From: an uncultured delta proteobacterium | GTDB taxonomy: Bacteria; Desulfobacterota; Syntrophorhabdia; Syntrophorhabdales; WCHB1-27 | Assembly (NCBI GenBank): GCA_963810935.1 | Contig: CAWEPK010000008.1 | Coordinates: 192,001-256,000, forward strand | DNA: 64,000 nucleotides | Reading direction: 5' to 3' | Shown here: positions 19,507 to 29,371 of the stretch, piece by piece | How the letters are laid out: every line of letters starts with the position of its first letter | How positions within the stretch are numbered: position 1 is the first letter of the stretch | Notes under the pieces: generated by a model | Told to the model about the DNA's origin: nothing | Seen by the model: only the letters and a program-made list of their open reading frames with translations | Database searches by the model: none | Translations under genes and position numbers: made by a program

Positions 19507-20300
19507 CGACAGTCGAGAGCGTAGTAATGGGCGCCATCCAGGGCGTTACGGAATTTCTACCCATAAGCTCCAGCGCACACCTCGTAGTGGTGCCCTGGAT
19601 CTTCAAGATCGATGAGGGGAACGTCCATGGCATCACTTATGACGTGATGCTCCACTTCGGCACGCTGCTGGCCCTGCTGGCAGTCTATGCGCGGCGCCTC
19701 GTGAACATTATAGGCGACGACTTCCACATGGCGCAGCAGGGGGCCTTACGATACTGCCTGATACCGAAGCTCGTCGTGGGGACGATACCTGCAGCGATCC
19801 TGGGGTTGCTTTTCAAGGATATTATAGAGAAGCAGCTTCGTGCTCCCTACATAGTCATTTTCACCCTGACAGCCGTCTCATTGCTCATGCTGATTGCAGA
19901 ACGGGTGCACAGGACAAAAGCGGGCGGCGAGGGCGATATCTCGTATGGCCTCGCCTTTATCATCGGCATTGCCCAGGCCATAGCCCTGGTGCCCGGCATA
20001 TCGAGGAGCGGCATAACCATAACGGCCGCCATGCTCCTCGGCCTCAAGAGGAGCGACGCGGTCGATTTCTCGTTCCTCCTTTCCATCCCTATCGTGCTCG
20101 GCATCTCCCTCTACGAGGCCCGCCACGTGGTTCTCGGCGGGCAGCAGCTTTCCCTTTACCTTGCCGGTCTTCTCTCCGCTTTTGTTTTTGGGGTGGCGAG
20201 CCTGAAGTTCCTGATCGGTTACCTGCGGAAGCACTCTCTCGACGTCTTCGCCTATTACCGGCTGGCCCTCGCCGTCCTTATTGCCCTTCTTTTGGTCTAA
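19503..20300 (+). CDS. uppP: Undecaprenyl-diphosphate phosphatase
   Basis: QGVTEFLPISSSAHL and ALVPGISRSG motifs. Confidence 0.95.
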   Translation: MTTVESVVMGAIQGVTEFLPISSSAHLVVVPWIFKIDEGNVHGITYDVMLHFGTLLALLAVYARRLVNIIGDDFHMAQQGALRYCLIPKLVVGTIPAAILGLLFKDIIEKQLRAPYIVIFTLTAVSLLMLIAERVHRTKAGGEGDISYGLAFIIGIAQAIALVPGISRSGITITAAMLLGLKRSDAVDFSFLLSIPIVLGISLYEARHVVLGGQQLSLYLAGLLSAFVFGVASLKFLIGYLRKHSLDVFAYYRLALAVLIALLLV

Positions 20301-21027
20301 AAAGCCCCTTGAGCGAGCCAAGAAGGCGGACAACCGCGTCTCTCCCGAAATAGAGGCAGGTCGAAAGGACGAGACTGCCGCCGAAGATCACCCAGAACGA
20401 GGCGAACTTGCCGTTCCTGATCGCGTCACCCTGCATGCATAGAAGGAAGGTGCCGGGCAGGCGGCCGAAAACGTTCATAAGTATCAAATCGAGGTACCGC
20501 ATCCGCGTAAGGCCGAGAAGGTAGCAGAGGGAGTCCTTGGGGAAGCCCGGTATGATGAAAAGGACGAACGTTATGTTCCGCGCCTTGTGCGAGGACATGA
20601 AGGAATCGAAGCGGTCGAAATATTCCTGCTTGACTATCTTGCGGACGAAGTCCGAGCCGAGGGAACGGGCAAAGTAAAAGGCGAGGAGCGCGCCGATGGT
20701 CAAGCCGACCGTTGAAAGGAGCGTCCCGTACAGCTTGCCGAAGAGAAGGCCGCCCACGAAGCCCGTAACCTCCCCCGGTATCGGGGCCACGACGACCTGG
20801 ACTATCTGGAGGACCGTAAACGCCAGCGCCGAATACGGGCCGAACGAGGCAAGGAATGCCTTCAGCTTCCTGCCCTCGAAGAAATACCTGAAGAAGTGGA
20901 ATACGTCCCTCCAGACCCCTTCCAGGTATATGTAGAACACGAGGCCGATCAGAAGTGCGGCCAGGACCGCGAGCAATATCTTTACGGTCCGGAACTGAAA
21001 CAGTGATTTCTCCTGGTCTTCACTCAT
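20278..21027 (-). CDS. TVP38/TMEM64 (DedA/VTT superfamily) membrane protein
   Basis: QVVVAPIPGE..GFVGGLLFG, FIIPGFPKD.LCYLLG, GRLPG motifs. Confidence 0.85.
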   Translation of the reverse strand: MSEDQEKSLFQFRTVKILLAVLAALLIGLVFYIYLEGVWRDVFHFFRYFFEGRKLKAFLASFGPYSALAFTVLQIVQVVVAPIPGEVTGFVGGLLFGKLYGTLLSTVGLTIGALLAFYFARSLGSDFVRKIVKQEYFDRFDSFMSSHKARNITFVLFIIPGFPKDSLCYLLGLTRMRYLDLILMNVFGRLPGTFLLCMQGDAIRNGKFASFWVIFGGSLVLSTCLYFGRDAVVRLLGSLKGLFRPKEGQ

Positions 21028-21082
21028 GCGCGCGCCGCCGCTCCCCGGCCCGTCCCGGCGGCCATAGTTTGCCCAAGGGCAA

Positions 21083-21853
21083 TCACTTTCCGAATCTCCT
21101 GTTCCTGTGCTGATAACTCCTGATTGCCCTCAGGAAATCGATCTTCCTGAAAAGCGGCCATAAGGCGTCGCAAAAATAGAACTCGCTGTAAGCGCTCTGC
21201 CAGAGCAGGAAGCCCGAGAGGCGTACCTCGCCGCTCGTCCTGATGATAAGGTCGGGGTCCGGGATACCGCACGTATATAGATTATTTGCGATATCCTCCA
21301 CGCTCAGGCCTTCGATAAGCTCCTGCACGGACGACGCCTTTTTATCCATCAGCGCCTTCTTGGCCGCTTCAACGATCTCTTCCCTGCCGCCGTACCCGAC
21401 GGCGATATTCAGCATATGCCGGTCGAACTTTCCGGTCGACGCCTCGCACCGCGATATGGCCTCCTGGAGATCGGCCGGCAGGCCGTCCAGCTTGCCGAAC
21501 GCCTTTATCCTGAACCTGTTCTTCGCTATGACGGGGTTGTGGCTCAGGTCCTCCATCTTCTCCCTGATAATTGCGTAGAGGGAGTCGACCTCGTCCTTGC
21601 TCCTGTTGGTATTCTCGGGTGAAAGCACCCAGATCGTGACGATCCTGACGCCCAGGTCTGCGCACCATTGAAGCACATCGTCAAGCCGCCGGGCCCCTTC
21701 CCTGTGGCCGTCGGCAACGTCATCGAGCCGCATCTCCCTGGCGTAACGGCGGTTGCCGTCCAGGATAAGACCGAGGTGCGTAGGCAAAGCACGCCTCCTG
21801 ATCTTGCGGATAAGGCGCTTCTGATAGAGATAGTATAGGATTCCGTGAATCAA
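21083..21853 (-). CDS. uppS: cis-Prenyltransferase (UppS family; possibly short-chain Z-isoprenyl diphosphate synthase type)
   Basis: ILDGNRR, YGGREEI, PDPDLIIRTSGEVRLSGFLLWQ, RRFG; TTG start. Confidence 0.88.
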   Translation of the reverse strand: MIHGILYYLYQKRLIRKIRRRALPTHLGLILDGNRRYAREMRLDDVADGHREGARRLDDVLQWCADLGVRIVTIWVLSPENTNRSKDEVDSLYAIIREKMEDLSHNPVIAKNRFRIKAFGKLDGLPADLQEAISRCEASTGKFDRHMLNIAVGYGGREEIVEAAKKALMDKKASSVQELIEGLSVEDIANNLYTCGIPDPDLIIRTSGEVRLSGFLLWQSAYSEFYFCDALWPLFRKIDFLRAIRSYQHRNRRFGK

Positions 21854-21978
21854 ATCGTAAAGATTATAACTAATTATACAGCCAAAGTAACTAGTTATTA
21901 GACGAGTAAAAGAGGCCGGGATCCTTGTCTTGCGGTATATACCGGAGCCGCACCTTAACGAAAAGAATGTACTGCGCG

Positions 21979-23190
21979 TTAAACGCGCAGTACATTCTGT
22001 CTACCCTGGTCGAGGAAATACCATACGGACAGATAATCGCGCATCTGCCTTGTAATGAGGAAATTATTCCTTACGTACTCCCTCCCCGCCGTGCCTATCG
22101 ACCTTCCCATCTCCGGGTCGTTCAGCAACTGGCGGATGCGGAAGGCGGCGCCCTCTATGGAATAGACGAGGAACCCCGTGACCCCGTGGATGATCTGTAA
22201 GGGTATCCCGCCGGCCGCCCCGCCGACTACGGGCCTCCCCTTCCACATCGCCTCCGACACGGTCAGTCCGAAGCCCTCACGAAGCGATTTCTGGAGGATC
22301 ACGTCGGCCGCGCGCTGAAGCGCGTTGATGTCCTTGTCGCTGAACGGCGGCAGAAGGAGTATGCGCAGGTCCGGGTCCCCTTTCCCGTATTCCCTCACCT
22401 CTGCCAGCACCTGCCCGCCCTCAGGGTCGTCGCTTGCCGGGCTGCCTGCCAGGATGAGGATGCAGTCGTTGTATTTTTTCACCATGCGGTACGCCTGGAT
22501 CACGCCCGTCGGGTCTTTGAAGCGGTCGAACCTAGACACTTGCAGGAGTATGGGCCTGTCCGTGCCTATGCCGAACCTGTCGAGGGTCTCATCGATCTCC
22601 TGCTGCGTCAGCTCCCTGTTTTTCTCGCTCACCGGGTCGATCGAAGGCGGTATGATGAACTCGTCGATGCCAAGGGCCTTCGAGAACCTGGGGATGGAAA
22701 AGACGGCGCTCTCATATTTCCGTGCATAGAAGCTGAGGAAATCGAATATCACCTTTTGCGGCTCCGACACGTCGATGTGGCATCGCCAGACCCAGTGTCC
22801 CCCTTTCCGGAACTCAATAAGAGGCGCCGGCTGCGGGTCGTGTATGAGCACCAGGTCGGCCTCCAGGTCCAATGTTTCGGAGTTACGCTTGCTTACCTCG
22901 AAGTAATGCTCCCACATGGCCTCCGTAATATTCTCGCTGTTGCCCTGCAGGGCGTTGTGGATCTTTTTCGTGATCTCGAAGAAGAAGGGGTCGCCCTCGA
23001 TGACCTCCCATTTGGCTTCGATGCCCATGCCGTCGAGGAGCGGCACCATCCTCTGTAATATTTCGGCTACGCCGCCCCCCTCGCGCGTCGAGTTTACGTG
23101 GAGGAACCGCTTGCCGTTGAATTTTTCGCACAGCCTTCTGATGAGCAGCAGGTCGCCTTTTGGCGCAATGCCGGCATAACGGGATATCAT
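21979..23190 (-). CDS. treT: GT4 glycosyltransferase, trehalose synthase TreT-like
   Basis: HVNST..GGGVAEIL, IHDPQP, WRCHID, QVSRFDRFKD, QKSLREGFGLTVSEAMWKG. Confidence 0.82.
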   Translation of the reverse strand: MISRYAGIAPKGDLLLIRRLCEKFNGKRFLHVNSTREGGGVAEILQRMVPLLDGMGIEAKWEVIEGDPFFFEITKKIHNALQGNSENITEAMWEHYFEVSKRNSETLDLEADLVLIHDPQPAPLIEFRKGGHWVWRCHIDVSEPQKVIFDFLSFYARKYESAVFSIPRFSKALGIDEFIIPPSIDPVSEKNRELTQQEIDETLDRFGIGTDRPILLQVSRFDRFKDPTGVIQAYRMVKKYNDCILILAGSPASDDPEGGQVLAEVREYGKGDPDLRILLLPPFSDKDINALQRAADVILQKSLREGFGLTVSEAMWKGRPVVGGAAGGIPLQIIHGVTGFLVYSIEGAAFRIRQLLNDPEMGRSIGTAGREYVRNNFLITRQMRDYLSVWYFLDQGRQNVLRV

Positions 23191-23858
23191 GATATGCCCC
23201 CTTCCATGTCGCTCTTGAGCTCACGCTCGACAAGATCGCTGATGATCTCCCTGATGCCCTCGATGCTGTGCATGAATGGGTCTATCGACCTCACCTTCCG
23301 GGCAAGCCCCACCTTGCCCAGGCCTTCCTCGAACCATTTCGAGAAGTCGTCCGTCTCCGCGTTAATGCGGCTCCTGGCCTCGTAGAAGTGAAAATAGACG
23401 CACCCCCGATCGACGTATTTCAGGGCCATGAGGAACTCGGCTAGATTACGTACCCTCACCCCCTCGAAAAATATGAATGAGACCGATTCGTTGAAATAGA
23501 ACTCCTCGCCGGGCATCACCGTCCTCGGCTCCGGAAATTGCTCCAGGTACCTGTCGATGACGCGCAGCAGCTCCTTGCGCACATCGCCGATCGATTTAAA
23601 GCTGTAAGGGTCGATGTTCGACAGGTGCTCGGAGAGGATGCTCTCTTCGAGGCTCTCACCCGCCCAGTGGGCGAAGTCGTTGGTGTATTCGAGCACGTGC
23701 CCTTTCAGGAAATACTGATAGGTGTGGTGGAAGATAGCTACGTCGCTTGCTAAGGAGATGCCTTCCCTAAGCTCGCGCGCATTACTGGCTTTCTTTCCCG
23801 TCGACTTGAGGATGCTGATCGTCTGCTGGAAATCGAACGGAGGTACCTGTCCTTCCAT
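23187..23858 (-). CDS. DUF5752 family protein
   Basis: Two internal repeats (IFHH..NDFAHW / YFHFY..DDFSKW); coupled to the treT-like gene. Confidence 0.75.
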   Translation of the reverse strand: MEGQVPPFDFQQTISILKSTGKKASNARELREGISLASDVAIFHHTYQYFLKGHVLEYTNDFAHWAGESLEESILSEHLSNIDPYSFKSIGDVRKELLRVIDRYLEQFPEPRTVMPGEEFYFNESVSFIFFEGVRVRNLAEFLMALKYVDRGCVYFHFYEARSRINAETDDFSKWFEEGLGKVGLARKVRSIDPFMHSIEGIREIISDLVERELKSDMEGGIS

Positions 23859-24888
23859 CGCGGGCCTCCTTCACATAAACCGTCTTTGTGGGGAACACTG
23901 TTTCTATTCCCTCAATGGAAAGCCTTCGGAGGATGCGTCTTCGCAACGCGCTTTTTACGCCGTACTGGTCAATAAACCGCTTCACCGAGAGATTGAGCGA
24001 GCACTCGACCCAGCTCTCAGCGGAGTCGAAGCTGACGGAAGGGACCTGCCCCTCAACGAGCCCCGGCAGCTCCGCCGCCGCCTTCTTCGCCTCTTCGACG
24101 AGCAGGGACTCGACCTTATCGTAATCGGCCCCGTAGGGCACGTGAACGGCCAGCGAGATCCACATTTCTTCCGCGGGAAGCGAGTAGTTGACAACTACAC
24201 TCTGGGCCAGCTTCTTGTTCGGTATCACGACCATGTTGTTGGCCGGCGTCTTTACCCTTGCAGTCCGCCAGGTGATGTCCTCCACGCACCCTTCCTGCCC
24301 CGACTCGAGCTTTACGAAGTCGCCCACCCGTATCGACTTCTCGACAAGCAGGTGGAAACCCGCGAAGAGGTTCGCCAGCGTATCCTGGAGTGCGAGGGCC
24401 ACGGCAAGGCCGCCGACGCCCATTGCAGTAAGGAGCGGGGCTATGGAGATGCCGAGCATGCCGAGGATGATTACGGCGCCCGTGATGATAATCGCTCCTT
24501 TCAGCACCGCGCCGGCCAGGCCTGTTGCAGAGATGGGAATGCCCAGCTTCTCGACTTCGGCGGCGAAGACCCCGCTGACCATGTTCGCCACCGCGAGGCT
24601 CACAGAGAGCACCAGGATCACGTATATCGCCCGGGTCACGTAGAAGACGTACTTGTCCGGCAGGTCGGAGACGGCCATGCCGAGGTAAAGGCCCGCAGCG
24701 ATGCACCAGTATACGGACGGTATCGACAGCGCCTGCCAGACGGGCTTGTAGAGGTTCAACCGGCCCTCGGCCCCGCCGGCCCACTTTTTGAAACACCTGA
24801 CCATGGCAGCCCTTACGGCGAGGAGCGCGAATGACGCGGCAGATGTGACAAGGACGGGCACTGCGATCACCCGCGCGCCGTTAGTCAT
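23782..24888 (-). CDS. mscS: Small-conductance mechanosensitive channel
   Basis: GVGGLAVALALQDTLANLFAG, IRVGDFV, IPN motifs. Confidence 0.9.
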   Translation of the reverse strand: MTNGARVIAVPVLVTSAASFALLAVRAAMVRCFKKWAGGAEGRLNLYKPVWQALSIPSVYWCIAAGLYLGMAVSDLPDKYVFYVTRAIYVILVLSVSLAVANMVSGVFAAEVEKLGIPISATGLAGAVLKGAIIITGAVIILGMLGISIAPLLTAMGVGGLAVALALQDTLANLFAGFHLLVEKSIRVGDFVKLESGQEGCVEDITWRTARVKTPANNMVVIPNKKLAQSVVVNYSLPAEEMWISLAVHVPYGADYDKVESLLVEEAKKAAAELPGLVEGQVPSVSFDSAESWVECSLNLSVKRFIDQYGVKSALRRRILRRLSIEGIETVFPTKTVYVKEARDGRTGTSVRFPADDQHPQVDGKESQ

Positions 24889-25940
24889 CCTTCCCCTCCT
24901 CGTGCCTGAATATGTCTATTATGGAGATGAAGACTGCCAGGACGAGCGGCCCCATAACCAGGCCTATGAGTCCGAACAGCTCCCACTCCGCCCAGGGCTC
25001 CGAAGAATATGGCGAGAAGCGGCATCCTCAGCCGGTTGCCGATGATGACGGGCCTTATGATATTGTCTATCACAGCGGTTGCGAAAGTCGCTACCAGAAA
25101 GAGGATGATCGCCTTCGAGAACGCTGCATGGAAAAGGAGCCAGAGTATCGCCGGTATCCAGACGACGGCCGATCCCACGATAGGAACGAACGAAGAGATC
25201 GCTATAGCCATCCCCCAGATGCCGGGTGCGTGAAGACCCACGAGGGCGAAGGACAACGACCCGACGCAGCCCAACGCCAGGCCCACCACTATCCCCCCGT
25301 ATATCGTAGAGATGACGATGTCTTTTACCTGCTTCGTCAGCCTTTCCCTGTGCGGCTTCGAAAAGGGCAGATAATCGCTCAGGCGGCCCAGGAGATAGGG
25401 GCCGTCCTGGAAGAAGAAAAAGAGAGAGAAGATCATAAGCAGGAAGTTGAAGCCCACTCCCATAACGTCGCCCAGCCTGCCGGGCACATATTCGAGCACC
25501 CGCTTTCCGAAGGAGGCAAGGCCGGAGAGGACCGACGCCTGGAACTCGGCCTGGCTCACACCGGAGAAGGAGAGTATCTTGTCCGTTACTTGCCTTACGA
25601 CCGGATGGTTGAAAAGGTCCGCGACCGACTTCATTTCTATCGGCCCGGTGGATATGCTCGCCAGCTCGACCGTCAGGATGTAGGCGAAATAGGAAAACGG
25701 ACCGAGGATAAGGATGCAGACGAGGATGACGGTCAACGTTGAGGCCAGTGACCGGAGACGGACGAACCTGAGTATTACCTGGTAAACGGGAAAGAAAACT
25801 ATGCAGAAAACGACCGCCCAGCTCAAGGGGGTAAGGAAGGGCAGCAGGATGCGATAGCAGAGGTAAGCGAGGAGGATCACCAGCGCCATGATGGTGTAGA
25901 AGGAGAACTGTTTTTCGCCCATACCGTTCGTGCTTCGCAT
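24881..25940 (-). CDS. AI-2E family transporter with +1 frameshift near the 3' end (~24983)
   Basis: Hydrophobic ORF with FFFFQDG, SFVPIVGSAVVWIP, IDNIIRP; conserved tail ELFGLIGLVMGPLVLA is in the next frame and ends at TAA 24881. Confidence 0.82.
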
Positions 25941-26017
25941 ATGGCCTTTTTAAAACATATCCTATGTAACGCCGCGATGCAAGGGAACGAGCATGCGCCG
26001 GCGCGGTGCACGTCGTG

Positions 26018-26719
26018 TTACAGGGGATCGATATGGTCCTCACCTTCCTCCCTTCCCTCTCCGATTTTCTTCGAAAGGTACGCCTTGATATACGGCTGCG
26101 CTGCAAACCCGAAGGCCAGGGCGAGCGCGAGGACGACGCCGCCGAATATGATGGCGAAAGCGATCAGCACGGAGAATCTACCTATGTCGAGCTGCTCCAG
26201 GGCCATCGTGACGGCAAAAACGACTATCGCTACGCGCGCCGCCCGCGCCAGGAGCCGCGCCTCACGCACACCGCTGTTGACCAGTGTGATGAGTATGGCC
26301 CTGGACAGGAAATTACCCAGGACCAGGCCGGCCGTCAGTATGAGCAGGGCGGCAAAGACATTCGGCAGGTAAAGGAAGAACCGGCCGAGTACGGCGTCGA
26401 TTACCGCCACGTGGAGAACGTTCAGCGCCATTACTGCGAAGATAAGGACGGTCAGCCAGGAGACGAGGCGGGCCAGCTCGGCAGAGACGGGCCTTCTGAC
26501 CCCTCCACGCGCAAGGACCTCCCTGATGCCCGCGTTGTCCCAGAACCTGTCAACGTTAACGGCCCTGAAGGCCCGAAGGGCGATGAAGGCCAGGAGCTTT
26601 GCAAGGGCCAGGCCCGCCGCAAAAAGGACGAGGGCAACCAGGAGGTTCGGCAGGAACTCTATGAGCCTCCTGTAGAACACTGCGCCCATCTCCATCATCC
26701 CCGATCCTGCTTCGTGCAT
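26018..26719 (-). CDS. Membrane protein with repeated 'conserved TM helix' (CmpX/MscS-associated type)
   Basis: Duplicated FLPNLLVAL / YLPNVFAAL motif; GAGGTG RBS before ATG 26719. Confidence 0.7.
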   Translation of the reverse strand: MHEAGSGMMEMGAVFYRRLIEFLPNLLVALVLFAAGLALAKLLAFIALRAFRAVNVDRFWDNAGIREVLARGGVRRPVSAELARLVSWLTVLIFAVMALNVLHVAVIDAVLGRFFLYLPNVFAALLILTAGLVLGNFLSRAILITLVNSGVREARLLARAARVAIVVFAVTMALEQLDIGRFSVLIAFAIIFGGVVLALALAFGFAAQPYIKAYLSKKIGEGREEGEDHIDPL

Positions 26720-27993
26720 GAGGACACCTCCCCATTCGGCTCCCAATTGCTTACGAGGAAGGGCTTCTTCTCCTCGAAGGCCAGGCAGAGCCGCTCTATC
26801 CTCTCTTCAACCGCGGCGATATCGTCATCGCGCGTATCGATCACGAAAGAAGCCGTCCTGCCCATATACAGGGTTGTAAGCGACTTCAACAGGTGCTCCT
26901 TATTAATGACCTTGCGGTGGTCGCTGATCGCCGACCTGTAAACGATCTCGGTCCACAGGTCGTCGGGCAGAGAAAACTCTTTCTCATCCAGAGACGCCAG
27001 CCGCCTGAGGGACGATACTATCTCTTTACCGAGGATCATCTGCCACAGGTCGGCAAGTTCCTGCGCACCAAGCCTAAACCTCTCTATCATGGCCCGTACG
27101 TTGACCGCCAGGGGTTCGACGGACGTCTCGCGGACGACGCCGAACGTCTGCACCTGTTCTGCGGCCACAACCTCTTTCCAGACGCTCGCGTAGGTCTCCA
27201 TCAGATCGAAAGCAGCGCCGACGACCTGGTAGAGCATCGTCGAGAGATGGGCGCCGGGGTCCTTCGGGTCGTGTACCTTCGACCCCAGGAACGACTGACA
27301 AACCCGGAAGCCCTCGACAATGGCCGTAGTCGTTACCCATACGTCTATCCCGAAGCGGGCCACGTTCGATTCCCACACATCGCCCTTTGACAGATAGAAC
27401 CGCGCGAGGCGGCCCGAGAAGCCGAAATCGCCGCCTATGGGCTGCCGCACGCATTTCCCGTAGAGCGCCCTGGTCAAGGGATAGACGATGCTGTTCGTGA
27501 TGGTGCCGTCGTATTTGTGCCTCCTGTAAAGAGGCGCTACATAATCGAAGCCGCCGTCCATCACCGGACCTATCAGGAGCTCTATCCATTCGGGGATGAT
27601 GCTCCGCAAGTCCGCATCGACCACCGCGCAGGCCGACACCCCGAGGTCGTACGCGACTTCAAGGATCGTCCTTACCGCACTCCCCTTCCCCGGTATGCCC
27701 TGATACTGCGTGGACATCGTGAAGGTCCCGGGCAGGCCGGGCGCCGGGTCCGCCTCTTCCGCGCGCGCCTGTTCCACCAGACCGGGTGTCCCGTCCACAG
27801 AGCCGCCGTCTGCGTTTACGATCACCGATCTGGCAACCGGGTAATGGACGGCAAGCCCGGCACGGACTGTATCGACGACATGGCGTATAGTGCCTGCATT
27901 GTTGTAACTCGGTATACCGACCACTATGTCGGCATGGCCTATCTCCTGCACCTTTTTCAGTGCTTCTTCACACAGGACACCGTTCTTCATCAC
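26695..27993 (-). CDS. GT-A glycosyltransferase, glucosylglycerate/mannosylglycerate synthase-like
   Basis: VGIPSYNNA, ADGGSVDGT, GKGSA, VDADLRSI, RHKYDGTITN, RQPIGGDFG, KVHDPKDP. Confidence 0.7.
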   Translation of the reverse strand: MMKNGVLCEEALKKVQEIGHADIVVGIPSYNNAGTIRHVVDTVRAGLAVHYPVARSVIVNADGGSVDGTPGLVEQARAEEADPAPGLPGTFTMSTQYQGIPGKGSAVRTILEVAYDLGVSACAVVDADLRSIIPEWIELLIGPVMDGGFDYVAPLYRRHKYDGTITNSIVYPLTRALYGKCVRQPIGGDFGFSGRLARFYLSKGDVWESNVARFGIDVWVTTTAIVEGFRVCQSFLGSKVHDPKDPGAHLSTMLYQVVGAAFDLMETYASVWKEVVAAEQVQTFGVVRETSVEPLAVNVRAMIERFRLGAQELADLWQMILGKEIVSSLRRLASLDEKEFSLPDDLWTEIVYRSAISDHRKVINKEHLLKSLTTLYMGRTASFVIDTRDDDIAAVEERIERLCLAFEEKKPFLVSNWEPNGEVSSCTKQDRG

Positions 27994-28036
27994 TTCTTCC
28001 GGCCGATGGGCCCGCTTCCCCGGAGGACCGGCTGCC

Positions 28037-29245
28037 TCACCTGTTGTCCGCCTCTACGGCGGCCCTTATTTTACCGAGTATGCCGGGCATCGCGGACGTC
28101 ACCCTGTCCCAGCTTTCGATCATAGTCGTACCCGGCGGGTCTCCCATGATCTCGTCCGCCGCCTCGGTTATGGAGTCCGCGAACGTTTCGACCGCCAGGG
28201 ATTCCTGAAGCCGGTCGAATTCCAGGGCGTTCATGGAGGCGTCGTCCTCATATCTTTTCAGCATATCTCCGGCGGTCTTCCGGTAGGTGGCCAGAAGGGT
28301 CTTGAAGAACCGGCCCTGAAAGACGATCCCTTCCGATATTATCGTGCGCAGAACCGACTTGCAGACATCGACGGCCATCTTGTGCAGGCCCTTTGACGGG
28401 TCGTCCTTCGAAAGCTCCTGGTGTTTATGCTCGTAGGCCTCGGCAATGTCTACCTGGCATATGCGCCTCAGCGATGTGTTACGGTAAGCTTCGGCGAGCA
28501 CCCCCACCTCGAAGCCCCAATCCGAAGGTATGCTGCTGATGCGGGCTAAATCGCTGTCCATAGCTACTTCTCCCGACAGCACGTACCTGAAGCTGTCGAG
28601 ATAGACGAGCATCGGCAGGTAGCCGAGTATCCTTTGGAGGCTCCTGATGAGAGGCGTCATGAGCAGACGCGTTACCCTGCCGTGCATCCTGTCCGTCACC
28701 CTTGAGTAAAACCCTTTGCAGAAGTCGTAGTCGAGGCTCGGGCTCGTCACCGGGAAGCAAAGACGGGCGAGCAGGCCGCTTTCATACCCGACGATATCGC
28801 AGTCGTGGAGCGCTATGGCGTGCACGTCGGGACCGGACATAACGTAGCCCAGGGCCAGCCAGACGGACCTTCCTTTGCCAGGCGCCCCCGTGCGGATGCC
28901 CCGCGCCTCTACCTCGCGGTATATCTCGCTAACTGCGGGCCCGTTGTTCCAGATAACCCTGTGTTCCTGGGGCAGGACGGAGAAATATTCGAGCGCGTGC
29001 CTGAATTCTTCCGCAGATGCAGGCCCCAGAGTGACGATAATCTGCCGCAGATATTTTACACGGCCCAACTCCTCCACGATCTTCTTCAGGGCCGGTGCAT
29101 TCAGCTCTTTGTAGAGGGAAGGCAGAACCAGGGCCATGCCGCGCTCCCGCGCACACGCCTCGAGGTGCGCTTCCGCGGCCAGGGATGTCGGACCGCCCAG
29201 TCTGTGGAACGTGGCAATCGTCCCGGACTGGTAGAAGTCGCCCAC
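28037..29245 (-). CDS. gpgS: Glucosyl-3-phosphoglycerate synthase
   Basis: MGDFYQSG.IATFH N-terminus, GKGRSVW, LHDCDI, CKGFYSR, GRVTRL, YEHKHQ. Confidence 0.8.
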   Translation of the reverse strand: MGDFYQSGTIATFHRLGGPTSLAAEAHLEACARERGMALVLPSLYKELNAPALKKIVEELGRVKYLRQIIVTLGPASAEEFRHALEYFSVLPQEHRVIWNNGPAVSEIYREVEARGIRTGAPGKGRSVWLALGYVMSGPDVHAIALHDCDIVGYESGLLARLCFPVTSPSLDYDFCKGFYSRVTDRMHGRVTRLLMTPLIRSLQRILGYLPMLVYLDSFRYVLSGEVAMDSDLARISSIPSDWGFEVGVLAEAYRNTSLRRICQVDIAEAYEHKHQELSKDDPSKGLHKMAVDVCKSVLRTIISEGIVFQGRFFKTLLATYRKTAGDMLKRYEDDASMNALEFDRLQESLAVETFADSITEAADEIMGDPPGTTMIESWDRVTSAMPGILGKIRAAVEADNR

Positions 29246-29371
29246 TCCTCCCCCACATATAAGATGACGAGCGCAAAGGAAGCGCCTAAGTCAATATAAG
29301 GACCGGCGAGATTGGGGTCAATGGTGGTCGGGAAGTTGCCGTGCCTCCTGACGCGGCCTAATTTAATACCT

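Noticed and set aside
23782..23858. Possible fourth frameshift where mscS overlaps DUF5752 by 77 nt
   Set aside because: All MscS motifs are complete before the overlap; a variable tail explains it and no indel can be located.
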